This document shows, piece after piece, positions 1 through 7,723 of a stretch of DNA of 64,000 nucleotides (positions are counted from its first letter, which is position 1; each line of letters starts with the position of its first letter). Location: assembly GCA_001779925.1 (NCBI GenBank), contig MFEK01000007.1, forward strand, positions 4,108 through 68,107, written 5' to 3'. Origin of the DNA: Candidatus Doudnabacteria bacterium RIFCSPHIGHO2_01_FULL_46_14 (GTDB lineage: Bacteria > Patescibacteriota > Doudnabacteria > UBA920 > 2-01-FULL-46-14). The translations under genes and the position numbers were made by a program. The notes beneath the pieces were generated by a model. That model had not been told where the DNA came from. It worked only from the letters and a program-made list of their open reading frames with translations, and made no database searches.

Positions 1-100
1 GATTGGAATCGCAGTGATGGAAGGCGAGTTTCGCGGCAAAAAAGCAGTGGTAACCGTTGAAATGTTTGCTAGCCCGACGGAGACAGTGGCAGCCAAATAA
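1..100 (+). CDS. 3' end of a CAP/SCP-like domain protein (partial)
   Basis: Frame 2 reads IGIAVMEGEFRGKKAVVTVEMFASPTETVAAK*, resembling a CAP-domain C-terminus. Confidence 0.55.
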   Translation, partial: IGIAVMEGEFRGKKAVVTVEMFASPTETVAAK

Positions 101-341
101 TTTACCATATTAGAAATGCCTTTCTAATATGACGAGCATTTCAGGCTAGCCCGGTAGTGAAAGTTCGATAGGCCGGAAAAAAACGGTTGAATCGAATTTA
201 ATATCGAACTTCTACTATCCGGGGTTAGTTTGATCAGGGTAGCCCGCACAAAACGGGCAAAAAAGGAGACTGATTTCCAAAAACAGGGTCTCCCAAAAAT
301 CTTATTGGATTTTTGGGGTGATCTAGAAGTCTTTCTCTAAC

Positions 342-370
342 AAAACCCCCGCCGAATCGGCGGGGGTTTT
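342..370. terminator. Bidirectional intrinsic terminator
   Basis: AAAACCCCCGCCG-AAT-CGGCGGGGGTTTT between convergent units. Confidence 0.8.
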
Positions 371-400
371 GTTTTATAACGCAGAACTTGCAAGCTCTGA

Positions 401-1078
401 TTATTTTCCAGTCACATCATCCTCAATCGCGTCCAAAACTTTTTTGGCGTGATCGCGTCCTCCAAGACCAAAGGCAATACCGCCGGCAATGGCCAGCATA
501 GCCACAAACGCGCGGAACAAATCCTTAACAAAGCTGTCGGCAACGTGCAGCTCAGAGAGGGCGGCTAGAAAGCTGAAAACGAGAACTGCCCATTTCGTGA
601 TGAGCGCGAGGCTGTCTGAGGTGCGCAACCCTCCCGCTTGTAAGGCGTGGCGTACCACGCCATGTAAGAAATTGGCCGCAACCATACCGACAAGCATGAT
701 AGCGACTGCGACGATGACGTTTCCAAAATAAGGAATAACCTCACCGTACAGGAAGGCGCCGACCTGGGACAGTCCCAAAATGTCAGCTGCCGCCACAAAT
801 GTAGCGATTATGAAAAACCATTTGATTAACCAATTGCCGAAAGCGGCAACGGAGAGCTTCTTTCCTGTCCGCTCCGAGAGTTTATCGAGGCCTACGGTGT
901 TAGCCAGGCTGTCGACTTTGAGCGTTTCCAATATTTTTTGCACCAAACCGCCAAGAGCCGCGCCGATCATCCAGCCCAAGATCAAAACGATCACGGCCAC
1001 AAGGAAATTCGGCACAAACATCACCAAGCGGTCATAAAGACCCTGCAGGGAGATTGCTACTATTTCTCCAGTTGGCAT
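401..1078 (-). CDS. TM-helix-repeat membrane protein (CmpX/MscS-associated type)
   Basis: 225 aa with repeated TM segments and a C-terminal GIAFGLGGRD motif. Confidence 0.75.
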   Translation of the reverse strand: MPTGEIVAISLQGLYDRLVMFVPNFLVAVIVLILGWMIGAALGGLVQKILETLKVDSLANTVGLDKLSERTGKKLSVAAFGNWLIKWFFIIATFVAAADILGLSQVGAFLYGEVIPYFGNVIVAVAIMLVGMVAANFLHGVVRHALQAGGLRTSDSLALITKWAVLVFSFLAALSELHVADSFVKDLFRAFVAMLAIAGGIAFGLGGRDHAKKVLDAIEDDVTGK

Positions 1079-1192
1079 TTATAGATTCACCCCCTTCCGT
1101 GTTAGCTTGTAGGAATTAGGTTGTAAGTTGTAGGTCAGGTTCAGGTTCCCTATTCCTACCGGCTACAAGCTACTAGCTACCAGCTGTTAATG

Positions 1193-1630
1193 CTATTCTC
1201 CTAAAATTTGTACTAACACCCGGCGCGCTCTGCCGCCGTCGAGCTCCACAAAGAATATGCTTTGCCGCTCGCCGAGCATGAGCTTGCCGCCTTCAACCGG
1301 TACGGTTTCGCTGTCGCCTAAAAGGAAAGCTTTAACGTGCGCATGGCCGTTGGAGCGCTCGTCTGCTTTGACCTTGGAGCGCATCTCAAACAAATCATGC
1401 GCGTAATTAATGTCGATCGGCGCGGCTCTGTAAAGCATTTTCATAATATCCTGCTTGAGCAAAGGCTCGTTGTGGTTTACCCGTATGGCCGCGGTCGTGT
1501 GCGGACAAAAAATCACAGCCACGCCGGATTTAACCTTGCTTTGTTTTACGGCCTTGGCAACCTGGTCAGTTATGTCAACGATCTCAAACTGGGTTGTAGT
1601 GTCGATTTTTATTTCTTCATTGTAAGTCAT
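1193..1630 (-). CDS. yjbQ: YjbQ/UPF0047 family protein
   Basis: HTTAA, NGHAHVKA and LGERQSIFFVELDG motifs. Confidence 0.9.
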   Translation of the reverse strand: MTYNEEIKIDTTTQFEIVDITDQVAKAVKQSKVKSGVAVIFCPHTTAAIRVNHNEPLLKQDIMKMLYRAAPIDINYAHDLFEMRSKVKADERSNGHAHVKAFLLGDSETVPVEGGKLMLGERQSIFFVELDGGRARRVLVQILGE

Positions 1631-1638
1631 ATGTGTTT

Positions 1639-1708
1639 TTTCCCTCCCCTTGCCGTGTCCGCCGTAGCTTCAGCGGAGGCTGGGAGGGGGAGGGTTAGGG
1701 AGGGGTGA
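1639..1708. repeat. Family C palindrome with nested GCCGTAGCTT hairpin
   Basis: TTTCCCTCCCTT[GCCGTGTCCGCCGTAGCTTCAGCGGAGGC]TGGGAGGGGAGGGTTAGGGAGGGGTGA. Confidence 0.75.
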
Positions 1709-1711
1709 AAA

Positions 1712-1927
1712 TTATTCTCCGATTCTTTCCTTAATTCTGCCTAGCCTGGTTGTTATAATCACCGCGGCCAGAGTCACCAAAATCGCATATAGAAAAAGAG
1801 AAAGTACGCCTTTCCCTTTTGGTATAAATTGTTCAATCAATTTTTTTATTGCTTCGTTCCACGCCAGCGCCGCGACCAAGCCAAAAGCCGTGCCAACCAT
1901 CGTCAAACTTTCACTAACAATTTTCAC
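1712..1927 (-). CDS. Small membrane protein (DUF5654-like); GTG start supplied by MITE
   Basis: AFGLVAALAWNEAI motif, two TM helices. Confidence 0.8.
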   Translation of the reverse strand: MKIVSESLTMVGTAFGLVAALAWNEAIKKLIEQFIPKGKGVLSLFLYAILVTLAAVIITTRLGRIKERIGE

Positions 1928-2025
1928 CCCGTTAAAAATTCCTGTTAATTAAAAAGTTAACGTCGAATAACTTATTATTTAGAGTATATAGCCTGTATAT
2001 CGAACAACAAATATTTCTAACGGGG
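1927..2025. mobile_element. Family B MITE, copy 1
   Basis: TIRs CCCCGTTAAAAAT / ATTTCTAACGGGG, flanked by TTCA direct repeats. Confidence 0.8.
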
Positions 2026-2164
2026 TTCATTTTTACTTTTTTGTTTTGCTCTACCCGGCATCAGCCGTAGCTTTGAACTGCAGGCGAACGCCCTAGTAAC
2101 ACTACAAATAATATTTTTATTTCAACAGCTTGCACTTATCAATATAATTATAGCAAATTTTACC

Positions 2165-3547
2165 TTAGTTGTCAAGGAATTTTTCTGCGGCTGCGCCAAC
2201 AGCTTCGGAAAACGAAGGGTAAGCGTGAATCATGCGAGCCATAGTGGTCACTGGAATTTTCCCTTTCATTGCCAGAGCAATTTCGTGAATGAGCTGGCCA
2301 GCGTTCTGTCCGGCGATGTGTCCGCCGAGAACCTCCATGGTTTTGGCATCAACGATGATTTTCACAAACCCGCGAAAATCCCTCTCTATAAGGTAACGTC
2401 CCAATCCGCCGGTGCGGAAGCTCTCCGCCCGGTAGTTTAAATTTTTAAGTTTTGCCTGCGCTTCGGTTATGCCGACAGATGCAACCTCTGGTTCGCAAAA
2501 CGTCACGCGCGGGACTACGTCATAGTTGGTTTTCTCTTCATGATTGTGGCAAATGTTGCGTCCTACCAGATCTCCCTCGTAAGCTGCGGTATGCGTAAAC
2601 TGCCAATTACCGGCCGCATCCCCTGCCGCCCATATGTGCGACTGGTTGGTTTGCAGATATTCATTCAGCTTGAGCCGGCCTTTATTGTCTACCTCAATTC
2701 CTGCAGCCTGAAGATTTAGATCAAGATTCGCACGTCTGCCGGTCGCCACCAAAATCTCATCTGCCGCAACCTCTGTCTCTTCGCCGTTCGATTTGATTCG
2801 AATAGATTTGGCGCTGGCCAATCTGTGCGCGAACATGATCTCGCAGTTGGTATGGATTTCCGCGCCGCGCTTTGCCATGTCCTTGGCCACGAGGTCTGCG
2901 ATATCCGCATCTTCCCGCGGCAAGATCTGAGGATCGCGCTGCAGGACAACAACGCGCTTCCCAAAGCTGAGAAAAAGCTCTGTGAATTCCATACCGATCG
3001 GTCCCCCGCCGATGATAATGATGGACTCTGGCAAGCTTTCTGCTTTGACTGCAATATCAGAAGTCCAAAACCCAACATCCGCCAGACCTTCAATGGGAGG
3101 AATAAATTCTTTGGAGCCGGTGCCGATGACCGCGTGGTTGAAAGAATATTTTTTGCCACCAATTTTTAATTCATGCTCAGAGATAAATTCCGCTCTCCCC
3201 CATATGAGATCAATGCCGGCATTATGGAGATTTCTTTCAATGCGTGGCCCAGTCAGCTGATCCACTACGCCTTGCCGAAACATCGCGATCTTTTTGAAAT
3301 CAAATCTTAGATTGTCCATTTCAATACCAAACTCGGCTCCTTGCTGGGCCATTTTGTAAATATGCGCAGATTTGAGCATGGCCTTCGTAGGCACGCAGGC
3401 ATAGTTCGGACAATGTCCCCCAAGCTTGTCTTTGAACTCTTCCACAACCGCGACCTTCATATTCGCGCGCTTCGCCACGAACGCAGCTGACCCGCCGGCG
3501 CTGCCTGAGCCGATCGAGATCAAATCATAATCGAATTTGTGGGGCAT
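2165..3547 (-). CDS. Pyridine nucleotide-disulfide oxidoreductase (LpdA-like)
   Basis: GSGSAG, GGHCPNYACVP redox pair, GGGPIG, HAYPSFSE; start placed at MPHKF. Confidence 0.88.
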   Translation of the reverse strand: MPHKFDYDLISIGSGSAGGSAAFVAKRANMKVAVVEEFKDKLGGHCPNYACVPTKAMLKSAHIYKMAQQGAEFGIEMDNLRFDFKKIAMFRQGVVDQLTGPRIERNLHNAGIDLIWGRAEFISEHELKIGGKKYSFNHAVIGTGSKEFIPPIEGLADVGFWTSDIAVKAESLPESIIIIGGGPIGMEFTELFLSFGKRVVVLQRDPQILPREDADIADLVAKDMAKRGAEIHTNCEIMFAHRLASAKSIRIKSNGEETEVAADEILVATGRRANLDLNLQAAGIEVDNKGRLKLNEYLQTNQSHIWAAGDAAGNWQFTHTAAYEGDLVGRNICHNHEEKTNYDVVPRVTFCEPEVASVGITEAQAKLKNLNYRAESFRTGGLGRYLIERDFRGFVKIIVDAKTMEVLGGHIAGQNAGQLIHEIALAMKGKIPVTTMARMIHAYPSFSEAVGAAAEKFLDN

Positions 3548-3598
3548 TTTTGCTATTTGTTTCAAAAAATAAATCCGCTTTGCCGGTATTATACCAGA

Positions 3599-4105
3599 TT
3601 ACTGCCAATTCATTCCTACGCAATACCAGTTCCCGGCGCCATCATAACAATCTTCACCGCCAGGATAACTGCCTTCCGGCCACATCAGCAGATAATAGCT
3701 TTGCCCGCTTTTTTGAGTTCTGTAGTGATACGGGGAAGGAAAATATGTCGGAGGGGATGTGCTCAAGGGATCAAGCGGCAATTTGCTCGTATACGGAGCA
3801 AGCTTGGTTTGCAAATCAGTCCAGCAGCCTTCGTAGCCTGGATAATAGGTAGCCCAGGAACCACTGCAATTAACAGACCCGCCTCCATCATACCTTGGAT
3901 ATACGCCATTGTTCGCGTCATAATACAGCTCCAGAGCATTTTGCAGCTGATGCAAATCCGCCACTCGCCGCGAATTTCTGGCTTTTAGCCTTGCACCGTT
4001 GAGCGATACCAAAATAATGCTGGCCAAAAAACCAATCACGCTGATGACCACCAAGAGTTCGATCAGCGTGAAACCGGAATTTTTGTGATTGGATTTTTGT
4101 CTCAT
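3599..4105 (-). CDS. Type IV pilin/pseudopilin
   Basis: G|FTLIELLVVISVIG prepilin cleavage motif; start at MRQKS. Confidence 0.9.
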   Translation of the reverse strand: MRQKSNHKNSGFTLIELLVVISVIGFLASIILVSLNGARLKARNSRRVADLHQLQNALELYYDANNGVYPRYDGGGSVNCSGSWATYYPGYEGCWTDLQTKLAPYTSKLPLDPLSTSPPTYFPSPYHYRTQKSGQSYYLLMWPEGSYPGGEDCYDGAGNWYCVGMNWQ

Positions 4106-4125
4106 GCTCGTTATCCCTAGTCCCA

Positions 4126-4647
4126 TTATAATTCAGGGTGTCGGTAATGGTCAAACACTTCTCTTGCGCCCCAGGGCTTGGTTTGCTCGATTGAGAACCC
4201 CAATTTTTCTACATGCTCGTTTATTGTCTCTTGACTGGGCCCTTCGATTTCTAAATAAGTCGGGAAATCAGAAAAGGTGTCGATCTCAAATCTTAAATCT
4301 TTTAAACTATAAGAAATTCGATGCTTGTTAAGCGGATAGCCTCGTTTTTCTCGAAAACCTACTGCCTCGAGAATTTTTTTGGTGGATTCATAATCACCGA
4401 CCTCTGTCTGAAGCTCTTCGGAAATTTTCGCGCCCGTTGTGCTCAATAGCTTTTTATGAGTTAATTCTGCGCGATCCCCTACCCGGCGCAGCCGCAACAT
4501 TTCACCTTTACCGAGCTTCCCATCCGGAAAATCAAATCCTGTCCAAGAAACCTCGCCGTCAAAAATCTTCTTTGCCCCAAGAGCGGCTAGTTTCTTTTGG
4601 ACGTCTTTAACATCAATTTCTAAAATCTTTACCTCTATCTCGTTCAT
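4126..4647 (-). CDS. CYTH/class IV adenylate cyclase-like protein
   Basis: N-terminal EIEVK, LRLRR and YLEIEG motifs; start placed just after tRNA-Trp. Confidence 0.85.
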   Translation of the reverse strand: MNEIEVKILEIDVKDVQKKLAALGAKKIFDGEVSWTGFDFPDGKLGKGEMLRLRRVGDRAELTHKKLLSTTGAKISEELQTEVGDYESTKKILEAVGFREKRGYPLNKHRISYSLKDLRFEIDTFSDFPTYLEIEGPSQETINEHVEKLGFSIEQTKPWGAREVFDHYRHPEL

Positions 4648-4653
4648 ATTTAT

Positions 4654-4727
4654 TGGCAGGGGATGAGGGAATCGGACCCCCGTATCTGGTTTTGGAGACC
4701 AGTGTTCTACCACTGAACTAATCCCCC
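4654..4727 (-). tRNA. tRNA-Trp(CCA)
   Basis: Cloverleaf with anticodon arm CTGGT-CTCCAAA-ACCAG and encoded CCA; T-loop TCCGATT. Confidence 0.9.
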
Positions 4728-4815
4728 TCGCCTCGGAATTATAGCCTTTTATTGACGGATTTGCTATACTTGCTAATATTAGTCCTAGGCTATTAAAAAT
4801 TAACAAATTAAACAA

Positions 4816-5097
4816 ATGGGAAAAATGACCAAGTCAGAGATCCTCTCCGCCCTCGCGGAAGGCACCACCATGAGCAAAAAAGAGATTGGTGAATTCATGG
4901 AAAAGGTAGCAAACCTCGCCTACAAAGAGGTTAAAAACAACGGGGAATTCGTGCTTCCGGGACTCGGCAAGCTCGTCAAGATCAAGCGCGCCGCTCGCAT
5001 GGGCAGGAACCCTGCCACCGGTGAGTCCATCTCAATCCCGGCCAAAACAGTGGTGAAATTCCGCGTGGCCAAAGCAGCGAAAGAAGCAGTTCTGTAA
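4816..5097 (+). CDS. hup: HU family DNA-binding protein
   Basis: RAARMGRNPATGESISIPAK motif. Confidence 0.95.
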   Translation: MGKMTKSEILSALAEGTTMSKKEIGEFMEKVANLAYKEVKNNGEFVLPGLGKLVKIKRAARMGRNPATGESISIPAKTVVKFRVAKAAKEAVL

Positions 5098-5114
5098 AAA
5101 AATAGTCAGATTTT

Positions 5115-5141
5115 AAAAACCCGCCTCATCGGCGGGTTTTT
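5115..5141. terminator. Intrinsic terminator after hup
   Basis: AAAAACCCGCC-TCATC-GGCGGGTTTTT. Confidence 0.8.
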
Positions 5142-5174
5142 GTTTACTCTGTCCTCGCGTCGGGGTTATTTCTT

Positions 5175-5204
5175 TCACCCTACGGGTGATCTCCCGCAGG
5201 GAGA
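5175..5204. repeat. Family A twin hairpin (6-3-6)x2
   Basis: TCACCC-TAC-GGGTGA TCTCCC-GCA-GGGAGA. Confidence 0.7.
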
Positions 5205-5208
5205 CATT

Positions 5209-5254
5209 TTACTTCTTCATCTCTTTGTGCGGGGTGTGCTTTTTGCACCACTTG
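5209..5254 (-). pseudogene. rpmG: Second, diverged 3' end of rpmG
   Basis: Encodes KWCKKHTPHKEMKK*, versus RWCKKHQVHKEMKK* in the intact gene. Confidence 0.85.
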
Positions 5255-5284
5255 TCAGCCAAAGGCTGATCTGCCGCGGGCACG
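5255..5284. repeat. Family A twin hairpin
   Basis: TCAGCC-AAA-GGCTGA TCTGCC-GCG-GGCACG, directly after CTTG. Confidence 0.75.
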
Positions 5285-5302
5285 CTCTTTGCAATAATTA
5301 AA

Positions 5303-5461
5303 CTACTTCTTCATCTCTTTGTGGACTTGGTGTTTTTTACACCACCGACAAAATTTCTTCAGCTCCAAGGCGTTTGGAACAGCTTTCTTATTTCGAGTGG
5401 TATGGTAGTTGATCCGCTTGCAGACTGTGCACTGCAGCTTTACTAAATTTTCCTGGGCCAT
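5303..5461 (-). CDS. rpmG: 50S ribosomal protein L33 (Zn-binding)
   Basis: MAQENLVKLQCTVCKRINYHTTRNKKAVPNALELKKFCRWCKKHQVHKEMKK*; below the ORF-track length cutoff. Confidence 0.95.
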   Translation of the reverse strand: MAQENLVKLQCTVCKRINYHTTRNKKAVPNALELKKFCRWCKKHQVHKEMKK

Positions 5462-5485
5462 AATTATTTGTTGCTCATCATTAAG

Positions 5486-5899
5486 TTACTGATTATTAGT
5501 CATTATTCTAACCGTTTCTTTGCCTTTTGCCAAGTCCTTGCCGCCGGCCAGTTTCCAGCCGGAATCCACGGGCTCAAAAGCTGCGACTGTGCGGTATCTG
5601 CCCTTCCCGGTCTCAATGAGGATTCGAAAAACATTATGCGTGTCATGATAGATAACGTAAGCATGGGGATCCCCTTTTACGAATTCCAATTCTCTGACTA
5701 TCCATGTTTCGGCAGTCGGCGGAGTTGGGGAAAGGTCATTGATCTGGCCGGCTATCTCTAAGACTGCTTCTGGATAGGACTCGCTGCTTAAAATTTGCCG
5801 TTCAAATTTATTCTCAGGCGGCTTTGTAATTTTCGGCAAAAAATAAACGGCGATCAAACCAGCTATGACAAACACAACGATGAGAATGACTTTTTTCAT
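5486..5899 (-). CDS. Hypothetical membrane-anchored protein
   Basis: MKKVILIVVFV N-terminal anchor; start follows the tRNA-Thr 3' end. Confidence 0.7.
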   Translation of the reverse strand: MKKVILIVVFVIAGLIAVYFLPKITKPPENKFERQILSSESYPEAVLEIAGQINDLSPTPPTAETWIVRELEFVKGDPHAYVIYHDTHNVFRILIETGKGRYRTVAAFEPVDSGWKLAGGKDLAKGKETVRIMTNNQ

Positions 5900-5901
5900 A
5901 A

Positions 5902-6164
5902 TGGAGCCCACGAGCAGAATTGAACTGCTGACCTACTCCTTCATTCTATACCTCTCTTTATTTAACACATTATTAGAGGATTAGACTGTATCTTAATCCC
6001 GACATACCGCCGGGATTCCCTTGTCAGTCGTTCGAGCGCCAAATCAGCGCTACGGTCTTGATCTTGTGCAGACCTTTAACCGTTATTCGGGTGACGCCCA
6101 GAGATTACTCTTTGGGCGGGCAATTTCTACCATGGAGTTGCTCTACCAGCTGAGCTACGTGGGC
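5902..6164 (-). tRNA. tRNA-Thr(GGU), intron-containing (exons 6164-6129 and 5941-5902)
   Basis: Joined exons give a 76-nt cloverleaf with ACTCC-ATGGTAA-GGAGT and CCA. Confidence 0.92.
5942..6128 (-). ncRNA. Group I intron (187 nt, no ORF)
   Basis: Exon 1 ends in U and intron ends in G; P1 GGU/GCC; R-like AACGACTGAC and S-like AAGATACAGTC. Confidence 0.85.
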
Positions 6165-6220
6165 AGGCTTTCAAATAATAATCGAAATATCGGGATTCTT
6201 CAAGACCGTCACAAGAATAT

Positions 6221-6307
6221 TTCCTCCCCTGGATGGGGGAGGAATTGAGGAAGAGGTGTAGGAAACGTCATCACCCCCACCTAACCTCCCCCCTCAAGGG
6301 GGAGGAA
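6221..6307. repeat. Family C palindrome pair
   Basis: TTCCTCCCCT..GGGGGAGGAA and TCACCCCCACCTAACCTCCCCCCTCAAGGGGGAGGAA. Confidence 0.75.
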
Positions 6308-6313
6308 TAAATT

Positions 6314-6922
6314 CTATTTTACCTTTGCGTATTGGCGGGTGACCCAGCCGGTGCTACCGTTTGCGAGCCTGATCTCATACCAGCCCTTGGTCTCATTTGT
6401 GGAAATAAGGATGTACGCTTCACCCGGCTTGACCTCGCCGATCTTTGCAAAATTCGTGCCAGGCCCTTTGCGAACATTTAGAAAATTTGTTGGAGTCGAA
6501 AGAATTTCCACCACTTGCACAGGAGCCGCAGGCTGTACGCCGGCTGGCGGAGTGGGCTCAGCAGCAGTGGTTGTCGGAGTCGTTGTGGCCGGAGGCGGCG
6601 GGCTCGCCGTGTCGTCGGGGATTGTAATTGTAGGCGCGGAATAATCATCCGGGGACGTAGTCCGAGTGTTTAAATAAAATAAAATTGCCGCGCCCGTAAG
6701 CCCCCCGAGAATCATCGCATAAAGGACGGCTTTTGCCAGTCGGTGATGGGACTCGGGCATGATGATCTTGGAATCAAGCAGTCGCCGCTCTGTTAATACG
6801 GTTGCGTCCTGTTTTTTGGGTACTGGTTTTTTCCTGGGCTTGCGAATCGGTACCGTTTTCCCAGAAACGGGACTGGAATTAATGTTTGGGTCTGAAGGCG
6901 TGCTTTCTATATTATCAGGCAT
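6314..6922 (-). CDS. Membrane protein with Pro/Thr linker and bacterial SH3 domain
   Basis: LNVRKGPGT, GWYEI and GWV motifs. Confidence 0.85.
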   Translation of the reverse strand: MPDNIESTPSDPNINSSPVSGKTVPIRKPRKKPVPKKQDATVLTERRLLDSKIIMPESHHRLAKAVLYAMILGGLTGAAILFYLNTRTTSPDDYSAPTITIPDDTASPPPPATTTPTTTAAEPTPPAGVQPAAPVQVVEILSTPTNFLNVRKGPGTNFAKIGEVKPGEAYILISTNETKGWYEIRLANGSTGWVTRQYAKVK

Positions 6923-6935
6923 ATTTTAATTTTAA

Positions 6936-7676
6936 TTAACTTTTTAATGGCAAAGTGAAAATAAAAGACGTTCCTTTTCCTTCCTCAGAATCAAAACTGA
7001 TTTTCCCGCCCATAATCTCTACGAGAGATTTCACAATAAAAAGGCCCAGTCCGGTGCCGTCAGGAGAGAGCTTGAGGATGTTATGGCTGCGGAAAAATTT
7101 ACCAAAAACCTTAGCTTGTTCGCTTTTCGGAATCCCGACCCCGGTATCGGAGATTGATATTGAAACATTGTTTCCTTTCTTTTCCAGAACCACGCTGATC
7201 TTGCCGCCGCGCGGCGTATATTTAATGGCGTTAGAAATGAGATTCGCCATAATGCGGCTGAGTTTATCCGGGTCAGTCTGTACAAGCGGAAGAGGCCCAT
7301 TTACGATTTGGTAATCAAGGGACACTCCGGCTGTTTTGATGATCATGCTGTGATTGTCAATAATTTCTTCCGCTATTTTTTCAATCTGCATGGGTCTGAC
7401 CTCCAGATGGATCTGCCCTTCCTGAATTCGGGAGACATCGAGCAAATCATTAACCAAACCGATGGCCCGTTCGTTGGAGCGGTAGATTTCCCGCAAATAT
7501 TCTTCCTGTTTTTTGGCCAATTTCCCCGCGCGGCCGGCAAGCAGAATCTCGCAAGACCATTTCACTGCGGAAAGAGGCGTGCGAAGCTGGTGACTGGCGA
7601 GCGTAACAAAATCATACTGGATATTTTGCAGATTTACTTTTTCGCCTGAACCTAAAAGATTTTTGAGTTTACCCAT
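6936..7676 (-). CDS. Sensorless histidine kinase (HisKA + HATPase)
   Basis: ASHQLRTPL, NAIKYT, DTGVGI, GTGLGL. Confidence 0.9.
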   Translation of the reverse strand: MGKLKNLLGSGEKVNLQNIQYDFVTLASHQLRTPLSAVKWSCEILLAGRAGKLAKKQEEYLREIYRSNERAIGLVNDLLDVSRIQEGQIHLEVRPMQIEKIAEEIIDNHSMIIKTAGVSLDYQIVNGPLPLVQTDPDKLSRIMANLISNAIKYTPRGGKISVVLEKKGNNVSISISDTGVGIPKSEQAKVFGKFFRSHNILKLSPDGTGLGLFIVKSLVEIMGGKISFDSEEGKGTSFIFTLPLKS

Positions 7677-7723
7677 TTACCTGCTGAATTTATTATGGTT
7701 AGCCAATTTATAATACACGAAAA

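Noticed and set aside
2165-3565. Mercuric reductase MerA
   Set aside because: Lacks the C-terminal Cys-Cys pair and mer operon context.
4648-4815. N-terminal extension of the CYTH ORF
   Set aside because: It runs through tRNA-Trp; the EIEVK motif marks the start at 4647.
5209-5350. rpmG and tRNA-Ser duplications as assembly artefacts
   Set aside because: The copies are diverged and share a specific hairpin junction; read mapping would still be the final check.
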